Assembly: GCA_963693055.1 (NCBI GenBank)
Contig: OY843751.1
Span: 1,088,001-1,152,000 of the forward strand
DNA length: 64,000 bases
From: a bacterium
Lineage (GTDB): Bacteria; Zhuqueibacterota; Zhuqueibacteria; Residuimicrobiales; Krinioviventaceae
Direction: 5' to 3'
Positions 32,211 to 42,910 of this stretch are shown here, one piece after another. A program made the position numbers and the translations under genes. The notes under the pieces are model-generated. The model did not search any database. It was not told where the DNA came from and saw only the letters and a program-made list of their open reading frames with translations. Every line of letters starts with the position of its first letter. The first letter of the stretch is position 1.

Positions 32211-33059
32211 ATGAAACTGGGAATTCACGCGTATGCATGGTGCTCACAATGGACCAATGACGAACTGTATTTGATCGATAAAGTTAAAGAAATGGGACTG
32301 GATTTTATAGAGATCCCCTTGATGTGTCTGGATACTTTTGACGCAGATGCCATAAGGGACCGATTAATATCCGTTGGACTGGGTGCGGTAACCTCTACCG
32401 TGTTGCTGGGAGATACGGACATAACCAGCGAAGATCCGGAGATCCGCAAAAAAGGTGAAGCATATCTCAATGATTGTGTAAAAGCGACACATGCTATTGG
32501 CGCCACCAGTTTTTCCGGTGTCATATATTCACAGCATGTAAAATCGCTCAAGCAGCGCCCGGATGAACGGCACTGGCAGTATTCAGCAGACAGTTTGCGC
32601 GGTGTTGCGCAGCTTGCTCTGGATATGGGTGTGCAAATCGGATTAGAGCCGGTAAACCGTTATGAAACATTTCTGGTGAATACCTGCGAACAAGCCCTGC
32701 ATCTCAAGGAAATGATAGGGATCGAGAGTGTCAAAATCCATTTGGATACCTACCACATGAATGTTGAAGAAAAGAGTTTTTATACGGCTACAAAACTGGC
32801 GGGTGATGATCTGATCCATTATCATTTGTGTGAAAATGACCGGGGTATACCCGGTACCGGTCTTGTAGACTGGGACGGTATTTTTAAAGCGCTTTCTGAA
32901 ATGAATTATAAAGGGAACGCCGCTTTGGAGAGTTTTGTGGATTGTACCGATAATATGAACACCTGGGTCTGGCGTCAACTTGCACCCAATGGCGACACGC
33001 TTTTAAAAGAAGGCGTTGCTTTTATTCAGCAAAAGCAAAAAGAATATGGATTGGTATAA
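32211..33059 (+). CDS. Sugar phosphate isomerase/epimerase, D-tagatose/D-psicose 3-epimerase family
   Basis: GLEPVNRYET, HLDTYHMNVEE, HLCENDRGIPGTG; strong RBS. Confidence 0.9.
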   Translation: MKLGIHAYAWCSQWTNDELYLIDKVKEMGLDFIEIPLMCLDTFDADAIRDRLISVGLGAVTSTVLLGDTDITSEDPEIRKKGEAYLNDCVKATHAIGATSFSGVIYSQHVKSLKQRPDERHWQYSADSLRGVAQLALDMGVQIGLEPVNRYETFLVNTCEQALHLKEMIGIESVKIHLDTYHMNVEEKSFYTATKLAGDDLIHYHLCENDRGIPGTGLVDWDGIFKALSEMNYKGNAALESFVDCTDNMNTWVWRQLAPNGDTLLKEGVAFIQQKQKEYGLV

Positions 33060-33085
33060 GCCAGGGTGGTGATGTTGAATTTTAA

Positions 33086-33317
33086 GGTTACAAGGCAGAG
33101 CCTTGTAACCAGTAAGTGAGGGTGGAATCTTGTAGTCAGTAAGGGGGTTAGAGTCTTGTATTATGACAAATCGGACAGCTTCCCCCTTGAACCGTAACCG
33201 GAGCCTGAGTTTGATTGCATTCGCTAAAGGAGAATGCAATCGAGTATCGAAGGCCCGGTTTTAATCTTGTAATGATTTGATAGATTGGAAGAGGTTACAA
33301 GGCAGAGCCTTGTAACC
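33086..33317. repeat. REP-like cluster: two copies of ggttacaagg-cagag-ccttgtaacc (33086-33110, 33293-33317) around a further hairpin
   Basis: Perfect 10-bp stem with a 5-nt loop; internal gattgcattc/gaatgcaatc hairpin; lies between convergent genes. Confidence 0.8.
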
Positions 33318-33334
33318 AATAAAGAATTACATTA

Positions 33335-34213
33335 TTAATGCTGATGAAACGCGTCCGAGACGAATTTCAGTACCTGGGGCAGGGACTCTCGCCAATAGGT
33401 CCAGTTGTGGGCGCCGTCACGGATTCGGAACTCGTGCGGAATTTCCCGCTCACGCATGGTGATGTGGATGAGCGAATTGCCTTCATAGAGAAAATCGTCA
33501 TCGCCACAGTCAATATACCAGCGCACGGATTTTAAACTGTCCACCGGCATGTTGGCCATCATGTATACGGAACTGTATCGTCTGTAATAGCCCTTTAGTA
33601 TTGAATCGCTGTATTTATGGTCTTTAACCTGAGAATAGCGGTCCAAACGTTCTTTTAGATTTTCCACACTGGATGGTCCGGTTGCCGCGCTGAGCGGACA
33701 GGCAGATGAGAACAACTCGGGATGATGGAGCGCATAGGTGAACGTTCCATGCCCACCCATAGAGAGACCTGCAACGGCACGATAGCGTTTTTTTGCCTTG
33801 ATGCGCCAGTTTGCTTCTACATAGGGCATGAATTCCTGAAAAAAGAAATCTTCATAGCGCCATCCTCCCGAAAGGTCGTTGATATATCCGCGTCTGCCGG
33901 TATCGGCATCGGGCATGACAATGATCATGGGCGTTGCGGTACCGTCCTTGATAGCATTATCGGTAATGCGCAATACTTCGCCAAACTGGATCCATCCGGT
34001 CTGATCATCACCTGCGCCATGCAGCAAGTAGAGCACAGGATATGAGCGCTGTGAGGTTTCGTAATCCGGGGGGAGATAAATGGCAAACTTGCGCTCCATG
34101 TTCAGAATCATACTGTTCATGGTAAGGTCGTCAAACACCTGGCCGGTTTGGGCGGAGAGGGCCAGGGGGAGCAATATAAAGGTGATCAGAATACATAAAA
34201 GTTTTCTATTCAT
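33335..34213 (-). CDS. Secreted alpha/beta-hydrolase esterase (CE1-like)
   Basis: YPVLYLLHG, GLSMGG nucleophile elbow, GAHNWTYW. Confidence 0.92.
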   Translation of the reverse strand: MNRKLLCILITFILLPLALSAQTGQVFDDLTMNSMILNMERKFAIYLPPDYETSQRSYPVLYLLHGAGDDQTGWIQFGEVLRITDNAIKDGTATPMIIVMPDADTGRRGYINDLSGGWRYEDFFFQEFMPYVEANWRIKAKKRYRAVAGLSMGGHGTFTYALHHPELFSSACPLSAATGPSSVENLKERLDRYSQVKDHKYSDSILKGYYRRYSSVYMMANMPVDSLKSVRWYIDCGDDDFLYEGNSLIHITMREREIPHEFRIRDGAHNWTYWRESLPQVLKFVSDAFHQH

Positions 34214-34312
34214 AGCGCATTTCCTCTATTAATTTGAAATATGGGTATGAATTATTATAGTTTATAAAGAGGATAAAATCAATAAAAATTGTATGCATCT
34301 TGGGCGAGATAT

Positions 34313-34345
34313 AAAAAAACTCCCCGTGTGATTTTCACGAGGAGT
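34313..34345 (-). terminator. Rho-independent terminator
   Basis: actccccgtg/cacgaggagt stem with an A run on the + strand (T run on minus), just after the 34353 stop. Confidence 0.65.
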
Positions 34346-34352
34346 GTGGATT

Positions 34353-36416
34353 TTAAAAGTATTGTTTGTCGATGCGCTCTGTAAGGGCCAGCAAGCGGTC
34401 TGCTAATTTTACAGCTTGTTGGAATGTGAAATTTTCCTGATGCCAGTTGTCCCATAATGCCTGAAGTTCAGTAGCAAGTTTAACGTCTTGAATATTGCTA
34501 AACTTTTTCACAAATTGTTTGGTAGCTGTGGGCTTGTGGTTTACATAAATTTTTTGAGATTCAAGAGCGAGCTTGTTCAGCGTCATACCATTCCAGATGG
34601 TGATGAATGCCAGAATATCCGCGGCAGGTGATTTTTCCAGACCATAAAGTGTGTCCTTGAGTGATTTGATATAGGATGTTTCTCCATTTTTGTATTGGGA
34701 TTTAAGGGCTTTTAGTTCCTTGTGAAAATTCGGCCATTTAGCTTTTGCATCATTTGAAAGCATGTCTTTGAGTTTGTCTTTTTGCGGATACAGATCTTGC
34801 GTTATTTTTCCTTCCGCGTACGCTTTATCAATCAGGTACATAAACTCGTCCATGTGTACCAACTCTACTTTGTCTGCCGGAAACCGATCCATTGCTTCTT
34901 TGATTTTACTCATGCTTACCGAATGATTGCCAATACAGTTGATGAATAAAGGACGGTTGGGACAGGCGTCAATAAACTCTTTAAAGACCTTGTACACATC
35001 ATCCCCGCGGTGAATGCCTTCTCCAAAAAAGATGTCGGGTTTGCCTTTGCCTATGAAATGCTTCTCAAATGCGGATTCTCCCATTCCTCTCATAAAGCCC
35101 TGCACATCCGGCATGGTTTCGCACTGGGTTTCGTAAAATCCCGGTACCACGGCTTCCTGCCACCAATCCCGGTCATTCCAGTTTGCCATATGAACCTCGG
35201 TAATTCCGCATTTTTTCATATAATCGTTGGTCAGTTTTAGGAATTTTTTCGGATCGGGATGAAGATGCGGATACGTATAGGTAGCGCCGGAAGAGGCAGC
35301 AATAAAATAATCCATGGGCTCCAGATTTTCAAAATAATATTTTACCAGCGCCGGCATAAAATCGTATGCAAGCGGCATAAATCCCCAATTGTATTTTATT
35401 TTTCCGCGAGTGGGATCAGCCCAGTCTTTGACCACATGGTTCTCTACAAACCAGGCGGCGTCACCGTCGGTGGTCATGTATGCGATATAGACCTTGTTCT
35501 CTACCTTTAAATTCTTTTTATCAAGCGGACGCTGCTTAAAGTTATGATCAGGTACCGGCATGCTTGAATGTACCGACATGTTTGTGGTATTGAGATTACA
35601 CATGCCATATATACCATATTCCGATGACAGGGCAATGGCCTCATGTTCTTTGTCTCGCGCGCAATGCCACCCGATTACATAAGCTTCTTCTGGATATTCC
35701 TGGTATATTTTTTTTATCAGGTTATAGTCCGCCTTGTCCCGCTCAGAGGTAGACATGTCAAATGAGAAAATATTGTGGGCCATCACATAATCACGGTTGG
35801 TAAAGGTAGAGATGGGAAAATGCGGCACATGGATACACAGCTGGGCTACTACTTTTTTATTACACTTGGGTAAAAGTTCTTTTCTGGCCCATTCATAAGC
35901 GGTCAGATGGTCTGGCGCTTTGTCTGACATGTCTGCTTTTTGTTCTAGTCCGAACTCTTGTGCAAGAGCGAGTTGTTCACGGGTTACCGGCAGCAGGTTG
36001 TTCAATGCACCGTAGGTAGTTGCCAGGTTTAACGAATGAGGATGGGCATTGTCGTATAAAACCGTTCCCGAGATCTCTTGCGCAAACAGTTTGAACAAAT
36101 CTTTGATTGAATCTACTTTTTCATATCCAATGTTGTATTCATCCCGGTAATAGTCTAGCCAGAACTGGTCCTGTTTGTGATACACAATATAGACACGGGT
36201 ATTGTTTCTGTTGATTAATCCTTGAAAACAGGTGGTTAGATTTTTGGTTTGCCAGTCTGTTTTATAATCAAGCGAGAGTGCCCATAATTTTTCAGGCATT
36301 TTGCCATGCGGCATTATACGTTCATAACCAGGGGAACTGCTGCATTTTAGCCAGGGAGCGGCAGATAGAGCAGCACCTGATGCAGTCATGGTTCTGAGAA
36401 AAGTACGGCGTTTCAT
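34353..36416 (-). CDS. Tat-exported GxGYxYP-domain putative glycoside hydrolase
   Basis: MKRRTFL twin-arginine signal, ggagg RBS, FQGLINR, TDGDA and SGATYTYP motifs. Confidence 0.7.
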   Translation of the reverse strand: MKRRTFLRTMTASGAALSAAPWLKCSSSPGYERIMPHGKMPEKLWALSLDYKTDWQTKNLTTCFQGLINRNNTRVYIVYHKQDQFWLDYYRDEYNIGYEKVDSIKDLFKLFAQEISGTVLYDNAHPHSLNLATTYGALNNLLPVTREQLALAQEFGLEQKADMSDKAPDHLTAYEWARKELLPKCNKKVVAQLCIHVPHFPISTFTNRDYVMAHNIFSFDMSTSERDKADYNLIKKIYQEYPEEAYVIGWHCARDKEHEAIALSSEYGIYGMCNLNTTNMSVHSSMPVPDHNFKQRPLDKKNLKVENKVYIAYMTTDGDAAWFVENHVVKDWADPTRGKIKYNWGFMPLAYDFMPALVKYYFENLEPMDYFIAASSGATYTYPHLHPDPKKFLKLTNDYMKKCGITEVHMANWNDRDWWQEAVVPGFYETQCETMPDVQGFMRGMGESAFEKHFIGKGKPDIFFGEGIHRGDDVYKVFKEFIDACPNRPLFINCIGNHSVSMSKIKEAMDRFPADKVELVHMDEFMYLIDKAYAEGKITQDLYPQKDKLKDMLSNDAKAKWPNFHKELKALKSQYKNGETSYIKSLKDTLYGLEKSPAADILAFITIWNGMTLNKLALESQKIYVNHKPTATKQFVKKFSNIQDVKLATELQALWDNWHQENFTFQQAVKLADRLLALTERIDKQYF

Positions 36417-36648
36417 GCATCCTCCGGGATTGTGGATCGTCATTCGCTATTTTTTTTGTTAAAAAGATATAATTCAAGATAGTGTGTATTTTGGGAAAAA
36501 CAAGAATTATAATAATGTTCGCAAAAAGTTAACAATGTTTTACCTGCATTTTGCCTAACCTGATATTGTTTGTTTGGGAATATTTTAGTACTTTTAGACG
36601 GTCAAAGGATTCTTGTTTCTACTCGTTAATATATATAAAGGATCCGTT

Positions 36649-38283
36649 ATGAAAAAAATGTTGTATCTGTGCCTGTTGGTTTTTCTATCCTTTCAACCCA
36701 TTTTTGCGGCAAAGGGAGATTCACTCTGCTTTCACAAGATTGTTAGAGATAATAATGGTTTTCTGCTATCCTGGTATCAGCCGGAAACAGATGGCGCAGC
36801 GTTTACTCATGTAGCAAAGCTGGCAACAGATTTTATTAAAACAAAATGTCCGGTAGAACCTAAAACCGGCAAACCTTTATATTATCTGTTTTGTGAATTC
36901 CCACACCCCTCAACCGATGATAATTTTTTCTCTGGTACGGTTGCGCGTTATACGCTTCCCAATAATCCCGCTTGTGTGTTTGCAGGATTAACGCAGAGCC
37001 TTGCTGTGGACTATTATCCGTTTTACGGTGATGATTCTGTATTGCAAATTGTGCAGGATATACTGGACCATATGATTGAATACGGTACAACCCCGGTAGA
37101 CTGGAAGTGGGGCAGTTGCCCTTATGCCAGCAGTGATCCCGGTGAAACCGTATATGCCGGCGGCACCCAATGGCAGGATGAAGGCCGAGGCGACGGACCC
37201 GGTATTTTGGAACCGGACAAAATAGGTGAGATGGGTGTTGCGTATCTGCAGTTTTACCAGATGACTGAAAATAAAAAATATCTCGATGCGGCAGTTGCCT
37301 GCGCAAGCGCGCTGGCTAAAAATGTAATAAAAGGGGATATCCACAAATCGCCCTGGCCGTATCGCGTGAATGGTAAAACCGGTGAGGATGTGGAATCGTA
37401 TTGCTCAAATGTGCTGCCGCCAATCATGCTGTTTGATGATCTGGATCGGATCAAAGATTATATTGATGTATCCCCGGTACAGCTTGAAAATTTTCAAAAG
37501 GCAAGGGAGGTTGCCTGGAACTGGTTGTTCTCAAAATCCGGTCCCATGAAAACCTTTATCTGGAAAGGGTACTTTGAAGATTGTCCCATTGATGATGATA
37601 ATAGCAATCGTGTACAGGTAACCGCAATTGAAACCGCAAGATATCTGTTGCAGCACCCGGAATATGATCCTTTTTACAAAGAAAATGTATCCGCGCTGTT
37701 AAAATGGAGTGACAGTGTATTTGGTACTGATGGTTCCATGGGCTATAACGCGCAATGCGAGCAATTGATATGTTATCAACCAATGGGCAGCCACACCGCC
37801 AGATATGCATCCGTGTGCGCCATGTGGTATGCAAAAACCGGTATTGAAGCCTATAAAACCGAAGCGCTTGAGAATTTCAACTGGGCGACCTATTGCTGCG
37901 ACAATGATGGAATCGTCTCGGTGGGGCCGCGTTGGCTGGGCGCCTGGTTCTCGGATGGTTATGGTGATTATATAAAACACTTTTTTGACGGCATGCAGGC
38001 TGTTCCCGAATGGGCGCCGGCAGGAGAAAATCATCTGCTGGGTTCTTCAAGTCTGGTGCAGTCAATTAAATACGAGAATGCAGAGATCCAATACCGCACA
38101 TATTTGCCCAACTCGATAGAAACACTAAAGTTGAACAAGCAACCTCAAGCGGTTACTGTCGACGGCAAGCCGCTGGCTATGCTTACCGAACCGGGAAATG
38201 GCTGGACCTGGCAGCCTTGCGGAAATGATGGTGTTGTGCGTATCAAGCATTCAAACGGACGGGAGGTCCGTATCATGTTCTAG
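36649..38283 (+). CDS. Secreted hypothetical protein, six-hairpin glycosidase-like
   Basis: Signal peptide from 36649; EPDKIGE..AYL.FY..T..KKYLDAA helical repeats. Confidence 0.6.
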   Translation: MKKMLYLCLLVFLSFQPIFAAKGDSLCFHKIVRDNNGFLLSWYQPETDGAAFTHVAKLATDFIKTKCPVEPKTGKPLYYLFCEFPHPSTDDNFFSGTVARYTLPNNPACVFAGLTQSLAVDYYPFYGDDSVLQIVQDILDHMIEYGTTPVDWKWGSCPYASSDPGETVYAGGTQWQDEGRGDGPGILEPDKIGEMGVAYLQFYQMTENKKYLDAAVACASALAKNVIKGDIHKSPWPYRVNGKTGEDVESYCSNVLPPIMLFDDLDRIKDYIDVSPVQLENFQKAREVAWNWLFSKSGPMKTFIWKGYFEDCPIDDDNSNRVQVTAIETARYLLQHPEYDPFYKENVSALLKWSDSVFGTDGSMGYNAQCEQLICYQPMGSHTARYASVCAMWYAKTGIEAYKTEALENFNWATYCCDNDGIVSVGPRWLGAWFSDGYGDYIKHFFDGMQAVPEWAPAGENHLLGSSSLVQSIKYENAEIQYRTYLPNSIETLKLNKQPQAVTVDGKPLAMLTEPGNGWTWQPCGNDGVVRIKHSNGREVRIMF

Positions 38284-38301
38284 AAAAGCAGGAGGAGTGT
38301 T

Positions 38302-39183
38302 ATGAAATATCTGGCAACGTACTGTTTTTTGAGCATATTTATATTTTTCGGTTGTAACCAATATTCTGAAATACAAAAACCTTTTAATTATTTTAATCAG
38401 CAGCCGCCCGGCTTTCAGCCGGAGCGGTTTGCTCCCCATGTATTTAACCAATCCGGATACATGCTGCATGGGTACCCCACTTTTTCTCATGATGCGCAAG
38501 AGGTGTACTGGCCGGTTGTTCCACCGCGAATTTTCCATATAAAACAAAAAGATGCCGGTGTGTCTGCTCCACAGATAGCGTCATTTGCAGCAGGAAATAT
38601 GCAGGCACCGTTTTATGCACCCGATCCTGATAGAATCTACTTTCAATTGTCCCACAAAGCCGGATGCGGCTCGCTGGATATTTGCTGTGTCGAGAAAATG
38701 GACACCACATGGGGAGCGATAGCAACCCTGCCAATGCCGCCCAATTCACCCAAGCTTGAATCGCAGCCCTCTTTGAGTCATAACGGTAATCTCTATTTTA
38801 CTGGATTTTATGAAAAGGGTATGTTGAACCGCGGAATCTACAAGAGTCGATACAAGAACGACACGTTTATGGAACCCGAACTGTTGCCGGAGATGATCAA
38901 TACCCCAGCACTGGATTATACATCCTTTATTGCACCGGACGAATCGTTTCTGCTTTTTGCCTCTACCCGTGAGGGGGAAGGAGAAGAGGCGATCCGGTTG
39001 TTTGTCAGTTTCCATAACGCGGATGATACCTGGACTGAACCGGTCAACCTGAACAGAATGATGCAATTCGACCAGCCCAGCCGCTTTCCCTGTCTTACAC
39101 CTGATGGTATGTACATTATCTTTCAAAGCGACAGCGAGTATTACTGGGTCAGCGCAGAGATTTTAGAGCAGTGCAAGGTATAA
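38302..39183 (+). CDS. PD40/TolB-like beta-propeller lipoprotein
   Basis: FFGC lipobox; PTFSHD, FIAPDESFLLFASTR and PCLTPDGMYIIF blades. Confidence 0.8.
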   Translation: MKYLATYCFLSIFIFFGCNQYSEIQKPFNYFNQQPPGFQPERFAPHVFNQSGYMLHGYPTFSHDAQEVYWPVVPPRIFHIKQKDAGVSAPQIASFAAGNMQAPFYAPDPDRIYFQLSHKAGCGSLDICCVEKMDTTWGAIATLPMPPNSPKLESQPSLSHNGNLYFTGFYEKGMLNRGIYKSRYKNDTFMEPELLPEMINTPALDYTSFIAPDESFLLFASTREGEGEEAIRLFVSFHNADDTWTEPVNLNRMMQFDQPSRFPCLTPDGMYIIFQSDSEYYWVSAEILEQCKV

Positions 39184-39249
39184 ACTTTACTTGCCAATTT
39201 TACAAGTGTTGTATGGTATGCTAATAAATCAATTAAATAGGACAAAATA

Positions 39250-40833
39250 ATGAAAATTTCAAGACGATCGTTTTTAGCTTCATCTACAGCAGTGTTGGGT
39301 GTTATGGCTTTTCCGGTTTGCAAGTCCAATAATGCTTCACCTCGCAGTTACCAGGTTTGTTTGTCTGTGGATACCATTGAAAATAATCCTGAGCTCCTTG
39401 CAACCATTGCGGATGCCGGGTGTAAGGTTGTATTGATTGGCGCGTTTTTCTATGGTTATTGGCCGGTAAGTATAGAAAAACTGGTCAATGCCCGAAAGCG
39501 GGTGAATGCATTGGGCATGGAGGCCCTGATTATCAATATTCCACTGGGGCATCCCGGTGATTCGCTGGGCTCCAAAGACGGCGATTTCCCTTTAACGCCC
39601 CCTATGCATTGGAAGACCGCAGTGCATTTTGACGGGCATGAATATTCCGGTACCTCTTTGCACAAACCCGCTACGATTGAAAATGTGCAAGCCGTCAAAG
39701 AGTTAAAAGACGCTGGTTTTTCTACAATACTTTTGGATGATGATTTTCGTCTGGCTACAGGTCCGGGACAGATTGGCGGATGTTATTGTGATTTTCATCG
39801 TGACTGGTTTTTAAACAGTAATGGATATGCCGCAAGTCGTTGGAATGAATTGCTAAATGATGCACAGCAAAGACGGTTTACGCCTCTGCTGAGATCCTGG
39901 GTGGATTTTACAACATCTCAATTAACAAATTGTTTTCGCCAGCAGCAGCAAGTCATAGGAGAGCAGAACCTGGGTATCATGGTAATGTATCTCGGTTCTG
40001 AAAAAGCCGGAATTGCTCTGGATGAATATACGAATGTACCTTTCCGGGTGGGTGAGTTAATGTTTGATGATAAATCCTTTGGCCGTGTTAAAGGAAAAAC
40101 CGACGAGCTTTACAGCGCACTGTTTCATCGACGATTTGCGCAGCCGGAGCTCGCCTGGAGTGAGACCACAGCCTTTCCGCATGATAACCTCTCTGCAAAA
40201 AATGTAGCTGCAAAATTGACGGTTTCTACTATTGCGGATGTAAGGAATACCTGCTTTATGAGTGGAATGCAGCCTTATCCGATTTCATATTGGGAAACAT
40301 TAAAACCTGCAATGCAAACACAGTCTGAATTTCATTCTGTTTTGGCGGGGCACAAACCCCAGGGGCCGTTCAAACATTGGCGGGGATTGCCAGAACGATA
40401 TGTGGGAAAAGACAAGCCTTTCAGTCTGTGGCTGGCTGCCGGAATTCCGTTTGAGCTGTGTGACAATCTGCCACAGGATGGTTGGACCTGTTTGTCAAAA
40501 GCCGATGCTGTTTATCTTACGGATCAGGAACTCGGGAGCGGAACACGTTTCATTGCACAGCCTGCTGAGGGATTGCATTCTGAACTCGAGCAAATAAAAG
40601 AAGCATTGCCAGAGATGTTTGCGCTTAAAGCCCGGATTCTACCGCAATTAAAACAGACTCCATTTATTGTGCAGGATGTTCCGGCAGTATGCGCCTGGTA
40701 CCCCACAGCCAAAGCCGTGCTGGTGTGGAACCTGACCGAACAGCAGCAAAAGCTTACCGTACAAATGGATGGAAAGCAACACGAACTGTTATTGGGTCCA
40801 CTGGAATCCGGATTGGTTCGGGATTTGGGGTAA
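39250..40833 (+). CDS. Tat-exported hypothetical protein, possible TIM-barrel glycoside hydrolase
   Basis: SRRSFL twin-arginine signal; LLDDDFR...GCYCDFH motif. Confidence 0.55.
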   Translation: MKISRRSFLASSTAVLGVMAFPVCKSNNASPRSYQVCLSVDTIENNPELLATIADAGCKVVLIGAFFYGYWPVSIEKLVNARKRVNALGMEALIINIPLGHPGDSLGSKDGDFPLTPPMHWKTAVHFDGHEYSGTSLHKPATIENVQAVKELKDAGFSTILLDDDFRLATGPGQIGGCYCDFHRDWFLNSNGYAASRWNELLNDAQQRRFTPLLRSWVDFTTSQLTNCFRQQQQVIGEQNLGIMVMYLGSEKAGIALDEYTNVPFRVGELMFDDKSFGRVKGKTDELYSALFHRRFAQPELAWSETTAFPHDNLSAKNVAAKLTVSTIADVRNTCFMSGMQPYPISYWETLKPAMQTQSEFHSVLAGHKPQGPFKHWRGLPERYVGKDKPFSLWLAAGIPFELCDNLPQDGWTCLSKADAVYLTDQELGSGTRFIAQPAEGLHSELEQIKEALPEMFALKARILPQLKQTPFIVQDVPAVCAWYPTAKAVLVWNLTEQQQKLTVQMDGKQHELLLGPLESGLVRDLG

Positions 40834-40855
40834 AGATGATCTCGGTATATTGAAA

Positions 40856-40880
40856 GGTTACAAGGCAGAGCCTTGTAAAC
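40856..40880. repeat. REP-like palindrome (ggttacaagg family)
   Basis: ggttacaaggcagagccttgtaaac, one mismatch to the 33086 copy. Confidence 0.8.
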
Positions 40881-40953
40881 AGAACAGCAAGAACATTTTA
40901 CCATAATTTATACCTTGTTCTTCGATACCAGTATTGAAGGGGCTACGACCATG

Positions 40954-40986
40954 AATTGCCCGGCACTTTTAAGGAGCCGGGCAATT
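40954..40986. terminator. Stem-loop downstream of the 39250-40833 gene
   Basis: aattgcccggc ... gccgggcaatt 11-bp inverted repeat; U-tract is weak. Confidence 0.5.
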
Positions 40987-41097
40987 ATTCCAGATAAAAA
41001 AAAGTTAAATTCGAAAGTATGGTAAAAGTAAAAAGAGTAATTCATTTATTGCACATAGTAGATTGAGAAAAGTTTCTTACATGATTTCGGAATTCTA

Positions 41098-41215
41098 TTG
41101 ACAAATGATGTTAGTTTTTGTATTATCCAAAAGGGAAGCAAGTCTTTTTATTATTAAAAGTAAAAATTTCAATTTTCGTGGCGACTCACGGGGACTCGGT
41201 GATGTACCGGGTGAG
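41098..41215 (+). promoter_or_regulatory. Repeated promoter+leader element, copy 2
   Basis: TTGACA(41098)-17-TATTAT(41121) and the same leader as copy 1. Confidence 0.8.
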
Positions 41216-41343
41216 ACAATATTATTTTATTATTATAATGGTTAGAATACTTGAATCGTTCAGTATTTTTAGGATTAAAATTATTTTTGATGCTAATTGT
41301 ATAAAGTGTTCATATTGATTTTTTTGTTTTATACATCCTGCAA

Positions 41344-42501
41344 ATGAAAGGGTATAACATGTTAAATGTTGGGAAGAGAATCTTAAAATCAATTTTAATA
41401 TTTAATTTGATAATCCTTATTTCCCCGTTTAATTGTATTCGTGATAAATCTGAAATAACAAATTCTGTTGAAATTGAAACAGATTATTCTTTTTCTAAGC
41501 AAAATAGAGTTGCTATACATGCAAATCGCAAAAGTGTTTTTTATATTTACGATTATGTTGAAAATAAAGTTGTTAAGGAAATTGAAATTCCATTAACAGA
41601 AAATACAATAATTCACAACTGTTGTTTATCGACCGATAATAGATATTTGATATTTCCGGGTAATACAGATTATAAACTTTCACTGCATATTTTTGATCTG
41701 GAAAATCAAAACTTTTTACCAGAGATATTTACCGGATTATCTGCTATAGCAGCACCAAGAATATCAGCAGCGTATATAGATGATAAACCGGATTTGATTT
41801 ATTTTTTTACCCATTCTGATGGTATGCACAAAATCAATTTTCTTTCTAATACCTATGAATTTATGAATGATTTTGCGTATTATGGCCCTATAATGGGCGT
41901 CCATTTTTTTAAATCAATTGATAATTCTTTATTCCTATTGTTAAAAAGTTGGGGGGGAGATAATTCTTATAGTGAACTTGATGTATATAACGTGAATAGT
42001 GAACTAGGAGAGAAATTATATACCTTAAATACAAGTAATCAAGATAGTATTTATTTTTATAATATAGTACCGGATGAGAATAATGAATATGTTTTTTTGG
42101 CAATAATAAAAATTAAAAAACGGTTTGAAGAAAAATATTTTGGAAGTTATCATTTGCCAACCAAAAGATTAATTTTTTCAGATTTGGTATTTCCTAGTAA
42201 CTATAACAATTTTGCTACTCATCTAGCTTATCATTCAGACTTGAAAGAAGTATATCGTATTGGTGGTAGTAATATTTTATATATCATTGATGTTAACACA
42301 GAAAATTATACAATAAAACAAGAACTGGTTCTTGATGGAAAAATAGAAGGTGTTTCTCGTTTGTTGGTGCTGCATGATGAAAATCTTTTACTAATAAGTT
42401 GTCCCGATAGTAATTTATTATATACCGTGGATTTAATTACAAAAACAGTTACTAATAAAGTATATATTGAGCACCCATATACAATAAATAAATTGTATTA
42501 A
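41344..42501 (+). CDS. AT-rich exported beta-propeller protein (YncE-like, lipoprotein-like)
   Basis: Hydrophobic leader ending FNC; blades such as LYIIDVNT and LLYTVDLITKTV. Start may be 41359. Confidence 0.6.
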   Translation: MKGYNMLNVGKRILKSILIFNLIILISPFNCIRDKSEITNSVEIETDYSFSKQNRVAIHANRKSVFYIYDYVENKVVKEIEIPLTENTIIHNCCLSTDNRYLIFPGNTDYKLSLHIFDLENQNFLPEIFTGLSAIAAPRISAAYIDDKPDLIYFFTHSDGMHKINFLSNTYEFMNDFAYYGPIMGVHFFKSIDNSLFLLLKSWGGDNSYSELDVYNVNSELGEKLYTLNTSNQDSIYFYNIVPDENNEYVFLAIIKIKKRFEEKYFGSYHLPTKRLIFSDLVFPSNYNNFATHLAYHSDLKEVYRIGGSNILYIIDVNTENYTIKQELVLDGKIEGVSRLLVLHDENLLLISCPDSNLLYTVDLITKTVTNKVYIEHPYTINKLY

Positions 42502-42517
42502 CTTGGCAAGAAAGCAT

Positions 42518-42600
42518 TTGATCACAATGCTTTTTTATGTTTCGCGGGATATGGGATTGAGGACTTTGGGGAATAGGTTGCATGGTAGAGCCTTGTAATC
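42518..42600 (+). repeat. Degenerate hairpin repeat copy C fused to a degenerate REP (42576-42600)
   Basis: ttgatcacaatg...tcgcgggatatgggattgaggac aligns to copies A/B, then ggttgcatggtagagccttgtaatc. Confidence 0.6.
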
Positions 42601-42650
42601 AGTGGGGGGATAGTATATTGGAAATAGTTTTTCATGATTTTGGAATTCTA

Positions 42651-42768
42651 TTGACAAATGCTGTTAGTTTTTGTATTATCCAAAAGGGAATCAAATCTTT
42701 ATAGTACAAGAAGTAAAAATTTCAATTTTCGGGGCGACTCACGGGGACTCGGTGATGTACCGGGTGAG
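42651..42768 (+). promoter_or_regulatory. Repeated promoter+leader element, copy 3
   Basis: TTGACA(42651)-17-TATTAT(42674) and the same leader. Confidence 0.8.
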
Positions 42769-42910
42769 AAAGTTATTAAAAACTTGATTATTTTTATTAT
42801 TCATAGTTTTATTTTCGTATCACGACTCATTTATGTTGATGGTAAATCTGTAATTTGAGTTATAATGTTTTATATTGATCAACTGTAATAATTTTTTACT
42901 AGAGGAGTAT